The notes under the pieces are model-generated. The model did not search any database, had not been told where the DNA came from, and saw nothing but the letters and a program-made list of their open reading frames with translations. DNA of 64,000 nucleotides from Octopus vulgaris (taxonomy: Eukaryota), in contig OX597834.1 of assembly GCA_951406725.2 (NCBI GenBank), positions 39,308,001-39,372,000 on the forward strand, read 5' to 3'. The translations under genes and the position numbers were made by a program. This document shows, piece by piece, positions 1 through 14,586 of this stretch (positions are counted from its first letter, which is position 1; each line of letters opens with the position of its first letter).

Positions 1-32
1 ATAAATATATATACACATGTACATACATATAC

Positions 33-86
<54 letters not shown>

Positions 87-211
87 GACTGCATACACAG
101 AAATCTATGAATATATACATATATATGTATATATTTATATATATCATTACACTTATGTATATACATATGAATGGGTATATATGTATCTCTGTGTAAAGAA
201 ATAAATATATT

Positions 212-295
<84 letters not shown>

Positions 296-699
296 TATAT
301 ATATATGTATATATATATATGTGTGTATATATATATGCATGTATGTTTGTATGCATATGAAAGTGTATATATGTGCAAAAAATTGTATTACCTGAATATG
401 CAATTTTCTTTTTGCAAAATTTAATTATAAAACCTTCTACAATACATGTTAGAAATATCAGAAACGTGCGATTGAAAACCACGAACAATTGTTTACAAGT
501 TTTTTTAAAACTTTCATTTCAATGTTTAAAATCCCTTCTTTTTGAAAAGGGATTTTAAACTCGAAATATAGAAATGTAAGCAGGAATGGTTTGAAATATA
601 ATTGTTTCAATTCCCTTTTGTTAGAACTTCTCTATTTTCATCATTTGTTGTGGCTGGAGAGAACAATGCAATTTATATTTCATAACGCCTTGATTAAAC

Positions 700-751
<52 letters not shown>

Positions 752-995
752 CATATATTATATATTGCTTTTATTGATTGTAGCTGTTCAGTGATGTTAT
801 TATGTAACGTATACTATTGTTAATAATGTGACAATTGAGGGAAGGAAATTTTTAATGGAAATATAAATATTGTACTGGCAATATGGTTTACAAGCAGAAA
901 TGTAAATGGGAATGTTTTTCTGTGCTAGAATATATATACACACACATACATACATATATGTATATATATATTTATAATTATTTAAAAAACCCAAC

Positions 996-1031
<36 letters not shown>

Positions 1032-1142
1032 TAACATACATATATATATATAACTTTATATATGCATACCCATCTATATATATATATATATATGTGTGTA
1101 AACAAATATATATATATATGTAAACAAATATATATATATGTA

Positions 1143-1219
<77 letters not shown>

Positions 1220-1411
1220 TCTAGCTGAATGACGTAATTATTCAATGCCCTTATTGTAATTTTATATATATATATATATATGAATTTATAGGTATATATA
1301 CATACATAAATATATATGTAATATATACATTCGTGTTTGTATATATGTATGTTTGTGTGTATACGTATATATATATATATATATAGATAGATAGATATAA
1401 TTATTTATACA

Positions 1412-1493
<82 letters not shown>

Positions 1494-1619
1494 CATATAC
1501 ACATCATATATATAACACAATCCTGGATTTTTACAGTATATTTTCTAATCAATTATTCACCTTAGTTATATATATATGTATACATAATTACATTTAAATA
1601 TATATATATTTCTGTATAT

Positions 1620-1663
<44 letters not shown>

Positions 1664-2283
1664 ATTTATATATACATACATAAGTATATATGTATGTATG
1701 TATATGTTCTTTTCCTGCAACTCTACTCTCTACATTCACCAGCCTTCTTTGTTATGTATACAACCGATTTCACTTTGATCCATATTATCCGTTATACACC
1801 CATTTCTCATAATTCTGCAATGCATTTTATGTTCGTGTCTTTTATATAAAATTTACTTAATCCGCTCCATTTTGCATTTTTCGCACTCATCTCCCTTTTT
1901 GCTTCAATCCATTCTCTAAACTTTTTAAACTATTTATTCTTACGTAATGTACTGAGACTTCAAATTACTGTCGTTAGCACTTTATACACCCTCCTACACT
2001 ATGCTCTATCCTGCTTTGTTATACACTCCAGCTTGTATAGGAAACGTTTGTATTTTATATGCAGGGTTGTGGTGCTCTATCTTCTTGTGTGCATACGCCC
2101 TTCACCGTTCTGCTTTGTGTCGTCTATAACACACACACACGCGTGCGCACACAGACAAACACACACATGCATACATACATTTGCATACAATATATACATA
2201 TACATATATTTAATTATATTCATGTATATATGTACGTACATATAACTGTGTATAATATAGATAGAGATAGAGATAGATAGATT

Positions 2284-2364
<81 letters not shown>

Positions 2365-2463
2365 TGACTTCGAAGTTTGTTATCTACGAAATGTATTGAG
2401 TATCCATGAATTTGATGTAAAACTTTTTTGCTACAGCATAAAATACACATTAATATATACATA

Positions 2464-2526
<63 letters not shown>

Positions 2527-2770
2527 GTATATATAAAGAATTTAGGCTTATCCGGTAACACCTTGGCTACTTTGGAGTTTCCCCAAAGATATTGTCGGTT
2601 CCTCAGATAGGAATACTTTAGCAGGAATACATTGTTAGCTGTATAAAGTAACTGCTTTTATTCACGCCCATACAATGGACACACAGAGAAAAACAGCTAC
2701 TTATATTCATAGATAGGCAGATATATTCATACACACACATATACACACACACACATACGTATATATATAT

Positions 2771-2814
<44 letters not shown>

Positions 2815-2937
2815 GCATATATGTATGTATCCATGTATGTATTTATGTACGTGCATTTGTGTAAATGTGCATATATATGTCTATATAGACATACACATAT
2901 ACACATACATACATACATACATACGTACATACATACA

Positions 2938-2972
<35 letters not shown>

Positions 2973-3161
2973 CTTTTAATAATCATAGTATATGTTTTTT
3001 TATGGGCTACTATTAGTTTCATGCAATGAAAGCTTGCCAGGCGTGATAAAAAGTTGTCTGGTATGCTTTCATCGCATGAACATATATTGTATTTATTACA
3101 TAATATTTATCTCTCACCAGATGGGGTACTATTTATATACATATATGTATATATATATACA

Positions 3162-3218
<57 letters not shown>

Positions 3219-3491
3219 GTATGTATATATATATATTGTATAAAGGATCGTGGGTAAGACCAGAACAATGCAAAGTAAATGCAAGGCAAATCTCAAGAAA
3301 ACAAATATATGTATTAATGTATGTACGTATATATATATATATATATACACACGCATACACACGCATACACACGCATACACACACATATACATACATTGCT
3401 ATATACACCTCATCCCATCGACCTACCCATGTTTCCTTATTCGCTCTCCCCTCCCTCCTTTCCTTCTATAATTCAATATTGCCTACAATCC

Positions 3492-3523
<32 letters not shown>

Positions 3524-3849
3524 CTTCCTTCCTATTATCATTCATTCAACCCCTTCTTTCCCCCCTTTTCCCTCTCCTTCTTTCACTCTCTTTCATCTCT
3601 CATTAATCGCCTTTCTTTTAGTTCTTTCTTTCCTTCTTTTTTCCCCCCTTCCTGCGCCTCTCGTTGCCTTATTCACTTTCTTTTCCTCTTCGCATATGAC
3701 ATTCTCTCCCCTTGTACTGACCCTTTACTTCTCCATCTGACCACCTTACAAATCGACTGACCAGCTGACCACCTTACAATTTCCACCTCACACAATGATC
3801 ACTTCAGCAATTAACGTTGATAATTTCCCACAGATTTTTCTTTCATCTT

Positions 3850-4070
3850 TTACTTGTCCCAATCATTGGACAGCAGCCATGGCGGATCACCACCTTCAAG
3901 GCGTTCTAGTCGAATGAATCAACCGCAGTGATTATATATAAACGCTTGTGTTTATTCTGTTAGTCTCGATGGTCGAACCTCTAGGTTATAATGACCTAAA
4001 CAAACCAACACCGATTAGCAACCGGTGATGCAGGACAAACACAAACATTATGGAGGTACACAAACATGGA
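3850..4070 (-). mobile_element. SINE family B, degenerate 3' half
   Basis: Similar to the intact copies at 36207 and 55537 (cagccatggcggatcaccacc...gtcgaa...acaccg...gacaaacac). Confidence 0.7.
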
Positions 4071-4296
4071 TATAGATATACACACATATATATACTCATA
4101 AATTCATATATACATATATACACATATATATGAAAAAAGCATACATATATACATACATATATATATACACATATATATGTGTGTGTTTGTATATATGTAT
4201 ATATATGTATATATATGAATGTATATATTTGTATGTATGTATGTATGTAATGGATGGATGGATGGATGGATGGATACATGAGAGTTAAGGAATGGA

Positions 4297-4341
<45 letters not shown>

Positions 4342-4429
4342 AGTGCATATATGATTTTGTTGTTAAAATTTATGAGTAGTAAATTGTTTATACATGTACC
4401 AATACACATAATGGAATAACAATTTTTTA

Positions 4430-4592
4430 AATACAATTCCTAAAAATATTCAATAATAAAAACATAATAGAAATATTTAATCATTGAATGGCTAGCCGGG
4501 TCCATTGGACGGTCCCTTGGAGGGTCCATTGAAGTAAAACATGGATCAGGAGGCGTCCATAGATAAAAAAATAGATGGTTGAGAACAAATGT
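4430..4592. mobile_element. Degenerate hAT-type MITE right end
   Basis: Repeated gggtccat motifs ending in ggttgagaacaaatg, resembling the TIR of the MITE at 31116. Confidence 0.4.
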
Positions 4593-4619
4593 GCTGTAAG
4601 CAGAAGTTCTTCAATTTGG

Positions 4620-5035
4620 TGAGAGGTGAGCCTCTCGGTTACATTCACCACAGTGCTCAACTGGTACTTTATTTTGTTGACCCCAGAGGCATAACAAGCA
4701 AAGTCGACCGTGGTAGGATTAAAGATCAGTATGCCGTTAAATGCCGGAAGAAATGTCCTTAAGCATTTTGTCCGGCGTTCAAACGATCTTCTCTGTTCGC
4801 TCCCTTTAGTTTCAAATTTTGACGCAGGGCCTCGGAGTGTAAGGAAAGGGTAACTGGTCGGGTACCTCGACGCCAGTACTATGACTGGTGCTCTTTTTTA
4901 TCGACCCCGAAAGAGTGAAAAACAAAGTCGACGTCGGCGGAATTTGAAACCAAAACACGCGAAGAACATTTAGTAGTAAACACTGCTGATTGGAAATTAG
5001 AAAGCTTAGAGTCGTGCTCAACGATTCCGCCATCC
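4620..5035 (-). mobile_element. Two tandem degenerate SINE family A copies
   Basis: actggtac...cgacccc...aaagtcgac...cggcggaatttgaa is the reverse complement of the family A body. Confidence 0.75.
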
Positions 5036-5044
5036 TAAGTCTTT

Positions 5045-5090
5045 TTTAGTAGTAATAGTATTGGTAGTAGTAGTAGCAGTAGTAGTAGTT

Positions 5091-5126
<36 letters not shown>

Positions 5127-5246
5127 ATGACAACGACGACGACGGCGATGATGACGGTGGTTGTTGTGGTGGTGGAGGTGATAATGATGTTGATGATAAT
5201 AATATTAATAATAATAATACTAACAACAACAACAACAACAATAATG

Positions 5247-5302
<56 letters not shown>
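5045..5302. repeat. Compound trinucleotide microsatellite (TAG/CAA/TAA)
   Basis: Direct reading. Confidence 0.95.
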
Positions 5303-5303
<1 letters not shown>

Positions 5304-5749
5304 TTCTCTTACATTCCATTCCGTCGTTCTTCCATCCTCTTATTCTTCTCATTCATTCCTTCATAAGTTTCCTTCAGTACCTTCAATCCTTCATTCACCA
5401 ATATATCTTTTCACCTGTATTTTCCTTCAGTTATCCTCGTTCATTTTCTTTTCTTTTTTCCTTTTTCTTTTTCTTTCTCTCATTCTCCTTTCATTCACAT
5501 CCGAACGTCCAGACTTAAAGATTTAAACTTAAAAAAAAACGAAAAAAAGAAACGAAAAGCCTTTTTCATTCATCTTCTCTTCCTCCATCCGACATCTTCC
5601 ACACCTCGCTTCTCATAAATATATATGTATATATATATACCCGATTTGAATATATACCCGTTATCTGTTACACCCCATCCTTTATATACACCTACCTACC
5701 CCGCCACCGATCCTTCTTTCCACCTTATGCAATTCATACGGCACAATCC

Positions 5750-5800
<51 letters not shown>

Positions 5801-6117
5801 AGCACAGACACATACATATAGATACGTACACAGATTCACAATCACACACACACACGTTTACACACACACACAAACACACATGCATGCATAAACACGCGCA
5901 CATGTATGTATGTAGGTAGGCATGTAGGTATTTATGTATGTATGCGTGTGCATATATGTATGTGTGCGTGTGTATGCATGTGTGTGTGTGTATGTATGTA
6001 GCCAGCGTGGTCGCCGCCTGGTGGCTGAATTCGGTACAAGATTAAAGGAAACGATATGTTTATCTATATGTATGAGTGTTCATATATGTGTGTATATTTG
6101 CGAGTGCGTGAGTATTA

Positions 6118-6167
<50 letters not shown>

Positions 6168-6234
6168 TGTGTGTGTGTGTGTGTGGTGCGTGGTGCATGT
6201 GAACAAAGAAAGTGAGGAAAAGAGAGGTGGAGAT

Positions 6235-6272
6235 TTAGATAAATAGATAGATAGACAGACAGATAGACAGAC

Positions 6273-6326
<54 letters not shown>

Positions 6327-6371
6327 CAGATAGATAGATAGATAGATAGATAGACAGACAGATAGACAAGC

Positions 6372-6406
<35 letters not shown>

Positions 6407-6455
6407 CAGACAGATAGACAGACAGATAGACAGACAGATAGACAGACAGATAGAC

Positions 6456-6513
<58 letters not shown>

Positions 6514-6636
6514 TTAGATAGATAGATAGACAGTAGGCAGACGGTGACTGACGGACGGGCAAACAGACAGAGAGACGGACAGACAGACAGACCGACTGAC
6601 GAACAGACAGACAGATAGATAGACAGACAGACAGAC
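6235..6636. repeat. (TAGA/CAGA)n microsatellite
   Basis: Direct reading. Confidence 0.95.
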
Positions 6637-6958
6637 GTGCAAATACAGGCTTCATGTGTGCTGCCTCATATAACTGACCCATTATTTGCACACAGATACA
6701 AATACGCATACACATACTCACGTATATATACGCATGTGTCTATGCTTGTACATGTGTGCTTATACTAATTGTGCCCCACAGTCATAGATAGATACATACC
6801 GATATATACACAGGTGCGTTAGTGTATGTCCTGACACACAGACACACACACAGGCACAGACGCACTCATACACATGCAAATACGTACACGCCCACATACG
6901 CCCAAACCTATAGACTCTGACACACGCACAGAGACGTATGAACAAACCAACACTCATA

Positions 6959-6999
<41 letters not shown>

Positions 7000-7525
7000 G
7001 TATATAGATATATACACACATACATATGTACATATGTGTGTGTATACATACAAATATATATATATATATATATAGACTCATATGCATGCGGATGTTTCCA
7101 TGGTATCCCCTATTGTATTACACGTGGTACGTGTTTGTTTTGTTATTATTATTATCAACGTGATAGTGTTGCTGCTGTTCGTCTTATTGTTGCTGTTGCT
7201 CTTGTCGTGGCTTATGAATTATTAGCCGTCTTTGACTTCTTTCAAGCACTGCCACTCCCATTTTTCCACACAGTAGACACGTTCAATGTACAACATTGTC
7301 AGTTATACACGCATACTTTGTATATCCCTCCGTCCATCTATCCACACACACACACAAGAATGAATATTAATAAAAACTACTACACCTTTCATGTATATTT
7401 GTGTGTGTGTGTGTGAATGTGTGAAAAGGGAGAGGAAAGGAGTATGTGTACTCATATTTTAAAATATGGTAAAGAATAGGAAAGAGCGTCCACAATATAT
7501 AGTTTTAGAGAGCAGTCATTCCGTT

Positions 7526-7568
7526 CTAATCACTGGAGTTTCATGCTACAGGAATCTTCAGGCCAGAA
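7526..7568 (-). ncRNA. Degenerate hammerhead-like motif
   Basis: Minus strand: ttctggc CTGAAGA t tcctgtagca t GAAA CTCCAG TG attagaa. The core is intact but helices II and III and the cleavage triplet have decayed. Confidence 0.35.
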
Positions 7569-7708
7569 CTCACCGTTTGCTGTAGGCGGAAGCTCCAATT
7601 TTCACAGTGTAGTGCATTTTTAAAAAGCTGTATTATCACATTTGTTGTGATAAAAATATACTATCTGTTTGTATTTCTCTCTTACTCGATTTGTACACAC
7701 ACACACAT

Positions 7709-7751
<43 letters not shown>

Positions 7752-7799
7752 TATACGTAAATATATATACATATACATACGTATATATACATATATATG

Positions 7800-7902
<103 letters not shown>

Positions 7903-8060
7903 TCTCGTTGTGCGATTTGAACGTGACAAATTAACAGTATTAGAAAATTCTTGTATATCTTGTCTTGTGTACTGTAATTAGATACTTTTTTTGTATGAAA
8001 CCCGAGTTTGAATGTTACTCATATGTAGAAACCATAGCAAAACATGAGATATTCTTTATG

Positions 8061-8262
8061 AGATATTTAGTTACACCTTCTTACGTTCGTTTCATTCCCA
8101 ATAAGTCGTGCGCCCACTGAACTGTGGTGAATGCTGACATGTACAGAAGTTACATGTCACTGACGATTTGACACTAAGACATTGATCATGTAATGTGTCG
8201 TTTTTAAGCAATAATCATTTTATGTTAATGAAACGTACGTAAGATTAAGAGACTAAATACCT
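8061..8262 (+). mobile_element. Foldback element with hammerhead-like motif at 8157-8244
   Basis: Arms ...tcttacgttcgtttcatt / aatgaaacgtacgtaaga...; tca CTGACGA t ttgaca...tgttaa t GAAA CGTACG TA aga. Confidence 0.55.
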
Positions 8263-8548
8263 GATATGCAATCTCTTATATTTTCTTTTGTTATAGATAT
8301 GTGGCGGGGGGGGGGGGGCTGTGCGTGTGTGTGCATGTGTGCACGTGCGTCTGTGAGTGTATCTATATATAAATGTCTGTTTTTATGTTTTTATGTCTTA
8401 TAAAGTCAATTTAACATTAAACTGAAAATATATATTTCCCAATACTTTTTAGTAGAATACATGTTTATTAAACTTGTATAACAGTGGCTTTGAAATTTTG
8501 ACCTGCCATCGTTCTTCGGCCGGCATACTTACTTATATACATATATAC

Positions 8549-8630
8549 TTACAGCTGTTTCAATTAATACTCAGTAAATATTAATTGAATATTAAATTTA
8601 TATGACCTGAGCATAATATCTTCAGGGGGC
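8549..8630 (-). ncRNA. Hammerhead-like motif with long helix II
   Basis: Minus strand: CTGAAGA t attatgctcag...ctgagtattaat t GAAA CAGCTG TA; helix I is not paired. Confidence 0.55.
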
Positions 8631-8715
8631 AAAAAATATACCTTTGGATGTTTTATGTGTGTTTATGGTTTCATTATAGCAGACTGAATGATACGAACTG
8701 AATCGTGTGTGTGTG

Positions 8716-8782
<67 letters not shown>

Positions 8783-8928
8783 TGGCTTATATTTTCCTTT
8801 GGGGCTGGCCAGGTCGGAGCAATCTCAAGATTAATCAGCCGAAATTGCGAGGATAATCCGGTTCTTGACTGTTTTTTGTATCGTCTTCTAAATGTTTTGC
8901 GTTCTTGTCTCAGTTTGTATTTTTTTAC

Positions 8929-9026
<98 letters not shown>

Positions 9027-9354
9027 GTGTGTATACATACAAACACATAAATACCTATTCATCTTCGACATCATTGCTGGAATGTTATGACTTTTTTAAT
9101 CACACAGTCCAAGTTTCAATCCCACGGCGTGTCCATCTGTGGCAACTGTCTTTTACAGAGGTCTCAGATCAATCCATGCTAACTGATCCTGGGTAAAAAG
9201 AAACTGTGCGGAAGCCTTGTGATATTTCATGCATGCAATATGTGATTCCCAAAGTTCTACTTTGTCGATATGAATCACTCTGGTTTAGTATGTGAATCAC
9301 CATACTTTTATACGCATTTGTGGAATACTCGTCCACCTGCATCTGTATTTACCG

Positions 9355-9500
9355 ACTATGTGGCTGAGAAGCTTGCATCGTAGCCACGTGAATTCGGGTT
9401 CATCCCCACTGTGTGGAACCTTGGGTAGATGTCTTTTACTCTAATCCCAGGTGGAGTAAATCCGGTTCACGGAAACAGCGTGAAAGCTTGTAGTATACTA
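9355..9500 (+). mobile_element. SINE family B, degenerate 5' part
   Basis: tgtggctgagaagcttgc...gggttcatccccactgtgtggaaccttggg. Confidence 0.65.
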
Positions 9501-9719
9501 CACCCTTCTATTTTCCTTAAAACCATAACAATCCACAAAGTCATCGTTATCGGTGCTTGTAGTGTATCTCAGACTCGTATTGAGCGGTTTACGTTTAGAC
9601 AGTTTTTCGCGCCTGAATTTGACCATTAGCGCTTTAGTGTGTACTACGTCATCGGATTTGTGAGCAATGCATGTTACATGTTAATGTTAACCATGTGTTG
9701 CGATCTTATATCATTTATC

Positions 9720-9958
9720 ATTCACCCGTTTCGGTCATCAGAGTGTGGCTATGCTGGGGCCACACTCTGAAGAAATCGAATCCAGTATTTGTTTTTTGAA
9801 TTCTGGTAAGTAATCCGTTATTCCCGGTTGCCGCACAGCGAGGGTTACGGGAACATAAAAATAAAAACAAAAGCGGTTGTCAAGCGATAGGAGAACAAAA
9901 AAAACAAAACAAATACAATGGCTCACACGTGCACAGGAACGCACAAACACACACAAAT

Positions 9959-10011
<53 letters not shown>

Positions 10012-10150
10012 CTCACACATTCATATATGACAGTCTTCCTCGCGATTTGCGTCAACCGCATTCACTCACACGACATACCCAAGGTACTGCACAGTGGGAC
10101 TGAATCAGATTACACGGGTGTACAAAATTAGCTTCTTAACCACATAACCT
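9720..10150 (-). mobile_element. SINE family B, degenerate near-full copy with internal (CA)n
   Basis: Colinear with the copies at 36207 and 55537. Confidence 0.7.
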
Positions 10151-10177
10151 GAGTTGTGAAATTAATATTGCTCCCTT

Positions 10178-10785
10178 AAGGCGGCGAGCTGGCAGAAACG
10201 TTAGCACGCCGGGCTAAATGCTTAGCGGTATTTCGTCTGTCTTTACGTTCTGAGTTCAAATTCCGCCGAGGTCGACTTTGCTTTTCATCCTTTCGGGGTC
10301 GATAAATTAAGTACCAGTTACGTACTGGGGTCGATGTAATCGACTTAATCCCTTTGTCTGTCCTTGTTTGTCCCCTCTATGTTTAGCTCCTTGTGGGCAA
10401 TAAAAAAATAAGGAACGTTAGCAAGGCCGGGCGAAATGCTTAGCGGTATTTCGTCTGTCTTTACGTTCTGAGTTCAAATTCCGCCGAGGTCGACTTTGCC
10501 TTTCATTTTTCCGAGCCCACAAAATAAGTACCAGTTGCGTCCTGGGGTCGATCTAATCGACTGGTACCCTCCCTCAAAATTTCAGGCCTAGAGTAGAAAA
10601 AAATATTACTCCCTTAAGACGGCTAGCTGGCAGAAACGTTAGCACGCTGGGCAAAATTCCGTCCTGGTTGACATTGCCTTTCATCCTTTCGATAAAATAA
10701 GCGCGAGTTGAGCACTGGCTTTGATGTAACAGACACACCCACTCCCTGAAATTTCTGGCCTTGTGCCAAAACTTGAAACTGATAT
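10178..10785 (+). mobile_element. SINE family A array (full copy, headless copy, deleted copy)
   Basis: ggcggcgagctggcagaaacgttagc (A-box-like), gagttcaaattcc (B-box), gtcgactttgcctttcatcctttcggggtcgataaa body. Confidence 0.9.
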
Positions 10786-11150
10786 TAATATTGTTGCCAT
10801 AAACAACTCTATAATTCTGTGAGGAATTCTAGAAAGCCGGAAAGTCTTTTCTGTTTACATGTATTCTAGTTTTCTCTCTCCAGCTATGCTTTATTGCATG
10901 AGGAATAGTTCGTTCCAATTGCTCTTTGTTTTAGAAGCATAGTAATTCCACAAGTGGGTGTTGTATATGTCTGGCCAATGCTGCACTAGTATGAGCAATA
11001 AACTATTTTCCGTCATATTTATCTGTTGGGCTTAGTTTGTTACTTGACAATGTTCCATAAAATTTAACATAGATTAGAAAATTGCATGATCAGCGTACAA
11101 AACTACAGCGTGCTTTAGCAATTACATAACGTGCGTGAGTATCCGCATAT

Positions 11151-11180
<30 letters not shown>

Positions 11181-11183
<3 letters not shown>

Positions 11184-11370
11184 TGCCATGATAGATCGTT
11201 AGCCACTACACACATTTTTTTCTCTCCTTGTTTTTTTCTGCGTCCCTTTCTGTAGAAGAGCGTAGGCTCGAAACGTAAAAGACTTTTCTATTCCTGAGCG
11301 TTATACTAATACATCCGTTGGTTTTGTACACCACCTGTCTTCGTCCTTTGTTTTTTTCGTAAACTCTTCC
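11181..11370 (+). mobile_element. Short repeat between TA tracts carrying a compact hammerhead-like motif at 11246-11281
   Basis: cttt CTGTAGAA GAGC gtag GCTC GAAA CG TA aaag; helices I and II pair perfectly. Confidence 0.65.
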
Positions 11371-11447
11371 TATATACATATGTGTGTTTGTGAGTGTGTG
11401 TGTATGTGTGTGTGTGTATGTGTGTGTGTGTGTGTTTGTAGATAGAG

Positions 11448-11591
<144 letters not shown>

Positions 11592-11778
11592 CCAGGGGTC
11601 GAGGTATGAGAAGAAAGTTTGTTTCAAACAATCCGTAGTAATTATTAAAAAAAGAAAACTTTGAGACGGAAGGTTGTTGCGGATTATTTTTCTTTATCGA
11701 AGAACGATGAGCAGAAAAAAAGTTGTTTTTATATTCTACGGTAGACGACCAGGGTTGCTGAGTGTACGAAAAAAATAC

Positions 11779-12040
11779 AAGAGTTACGGAATGGAGTACA
11801 AAAATTCCGGGCTACGTATATATTTCATAGCCGGTGGAACGTCAGAAGTGGTGTATAACGCCGGCTACTCTTCAGGTCAAAGATATCTTTATTAGATTAA
11901 AGGCTACATTGTCGCAAGGAGGTACATGTTGACGCCGGGAGGATTCAATCGCCTCACCTGGATTCTACCACTTCTGAGGTTCCACTCGCTACGAAACATA
12001 TGTAACCCGGGCCGACTTCTCATACGCCATTCCGTAACTC

Positions 12041-12042
<2 letters not shown>
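11779..12042. mobile_element. Foldback element with hammerhead-like motif (minus strand, 11812-11879)
   Basis: Arms 11779-11855 and 11966-12042. Minus: CTGAAGA G TAGCCGG...CCGGCTA T GAAA TATATACG TA. The right arm has GAAA CATATG TA. Confidence 0.7.
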
Positions 12043-12074
<32 letters not shown>

Positions 12075-12085
<11 letters not shown>

Positions 12086-12790
12086 CAACTACGCATACAT
12101 ATAACTACACACACACACACATACACACATATACGCGTCGACACAGAAACATGCATATGCACACAGCTACGCATACACACATCTATACATACACATATGT
12201 ATACACATAAATACGCACCCATGCACTAAATTACAAACACACACACACACACACATACAAATCTACATATACACGCACACATACAAATCTACATACACAC
12301 ACACACGTACACACTCCTACACATACACTCACATGCACAACCTATGCATACACGTGCATAGATACACTTACGCACACATACAAACATTTAGACATTCGCA
12401 CACACACATGCTCCTACACATACACACACACATTCCTACATATACACACACACATTCCTACATATACACACACGTACACAACGTAAACTCATACATGCAC
12501 ATACACACATACACACATACACATACGCATACACATATAGGAACACACACAGACACACACTCGCTCCTCATACACGTACACTCCTACACATGCACACATA
12601 CAGATACGCACACACATATAGGAACACACACACACGCTCCTCATACACGTACACTCCTACACATACACACACTCAAAATCTACGTATATACATGCATAGA
12701 TACAGTTACACATACACATACATCTACACATACACATACCAACACATAGACACACTCACAAACATATACACACACACACTTGAACACATG
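12075..12790. repeat. Cryptic CA-rich low-complexity tract
   Basis: Degenerate cacatacacac units. Confidence 0.85.
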
Positions 12791-13099
12791 TAGCCTATTT
12801 GTGGGAAGCCGGGTATCTTAGGGTGTGCTTCTTTCCACACCCTAAATTGAATCAACAGCATCGCAGGCCTGCGACAGTCTGGGAGCCAAAAGGGGTGTGG
12901 GGTCGGCCACAGAAGGACTGCATGTCTGCAGGAGATGAAAGGAGTGCAGGATGTGAGGATAGGGTCGGATCAGGGGGGGGGAGGGGCAGTTTTGGAAACT
13001 CTTGGAGGAATTGGTTCTGAGTAAAACCTGCAGAAATGCTCTTGTGGAACTAAGGTAAGATATGATGAGTTTTGAGGGTTTTTGGAGATTTTTAAACGT

Positions 13100-13680
13100 G
13101 CGTTGCGTTGTCATGCGCTGTTGTGTTGTCTCATATTGAGTTGACATGCGTTGTCATGCGGTGTCTTGGACTTTCTGTTGTAGTGGCTTGTGTTGTATGT
13201 TGTGTGGTCTTGAGTTGTGTGTGGTGATGTCTTGTGTTGTGGTCTCATCTTGTGTGTTGTGTGGTCTTGTGTGTTGTGTGTTGTGGAATTGTATGTTCTT
13301 TGTTGCGTGGTCTTGTGTTGTGTGTTGTAGGGTCTTATATTGTGTTGTGGTGTCGTATGTTCTTCGTTGTGTGGTGTCGTATGTTGTGTGTTGTGTGGTC
13401 TTGTGTGTTGTGTGTTGTGGTGTCGAATGTTCTTTGTTGTGTGGTCTTAAATTGTGTGTTATGCAGTCTTACATTGTGTTGTGGTGTCTTACTCTTTGTG
13501 TTGTATGGCTTGTATGTTGTGTGTTGTGGAGACGTATGTTCTTTGTTGTGTGGTCTTGTGTTGTGTGTTGTGCGGTCTTAGATTGTGTTGTATTGTCTTA
13601 CTCTTTGTGTTGTGTGGTCTTGTGTGTTGTGTGTTGTGGTGTCGTATGTTCTTTGTTGTGTGGTGTCGTATGTTGGGTGT
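13100..13680. repeat. TG-rich minisatellite
   Basis: Recurrent tgtggtgtcgtatgttctttgttgtgtggtcttgtgttgtgtgt units. Confidence 0.85.
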
Positions 13681-13789
13681 TACCTTTTACCGGGAGGGGT
13701 GTACAATTTCACTATACATTATCATCATCGTCGTCGTCATCATCATCATCATCATTATCATCATCATCATCATCAACATTATCGTTATA

Positions 13790-14400
13790 CGGCGGAGAGC
13801 TGGCGGAATCGTTAACACGCTGGGCAAAATGCTTAGCGGCATTTCACTCGTCTTTACGTTCTGAGTTCAAATGCCACCTAGGCCGACTTTGCCTTTCATC
13901 ATTTCGGGGTCGATAAATTAAATACCAGTGAAACACCGAGGTCGATGCCCCCAAAATGTCAGGCATCGTGTTTTTAGTAGAAATGTTTATTACTATTATT
14001 ATTATACGGCGGAGAGCTAGCAGATTCATTAACAAAATGCTGGACAAAATGCTTAGCGGTATTTCGTCTGTCGCGACGTTCTGAGTTCAAATCCCGCCGA
14101 GGTCGACTTTACCTTTCATCCTTTCGGGGTCGATTAAATAAGTACCAGTCCTGGGGTCGATGTAATCGACTTAATCTCTTTGTCTGTCCTTGTTTGTCCC
14201 CTCTGTGTTTAAGCCCCTTGTGGGTAGTAAAGAAATAGGTATTTCGGCCGACTTTACATTCCGAGTTCAATTTCCCTTAAGGTCGAAGTTACCCTTTATC
14301 CTTTCGGTCGATGAAATAAGCATCAGTTGACCACTGGTATCGATGCTATCCCCAAGCCTCCTCCCCCAAAGTTTCAGGCCTTGTGCCTATAATAGAAAAA
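13790..14400 (+). mobile_element. SINE family A array (three copies)
   Basis: ggcggagagctggcggaatcgttaac heads at about 13791 and 14008, plus a headless copy from about 14238. Confidence 0.9.
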
Positions 14401-14586
14401 AGATCATTGTATGTCTTCATATTTTCAGCAGTTTTAAGCCAGTTTCTACTGCATCACCGTGACGTTGAGTTACGGGTGCCAGTAATTTTTGGGTGGTTGG
14501 GTAGAATTATGTTTAGATACATCATGTGTTGTGGAGCTTGGTCTATTGTTTCCGGTGTTATTTTCTGTGCTGTTGTGCACAGAGTA

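Noticed and set aside
524-560. 14-bp hairpin gtttaaaatccctt / aagggattttaaac as a terminator
   Set aside because: Intrinsic terminators do not apply in this eukaryotic context; likely another small foldback remnant.
13146-13916. 256-aa Cys/Val-rich ORF resembling a metallothionein or keratin-associated protein
   Set aside because: It is the TG-rich minisatellite read through into (CAT)n and a SINE.
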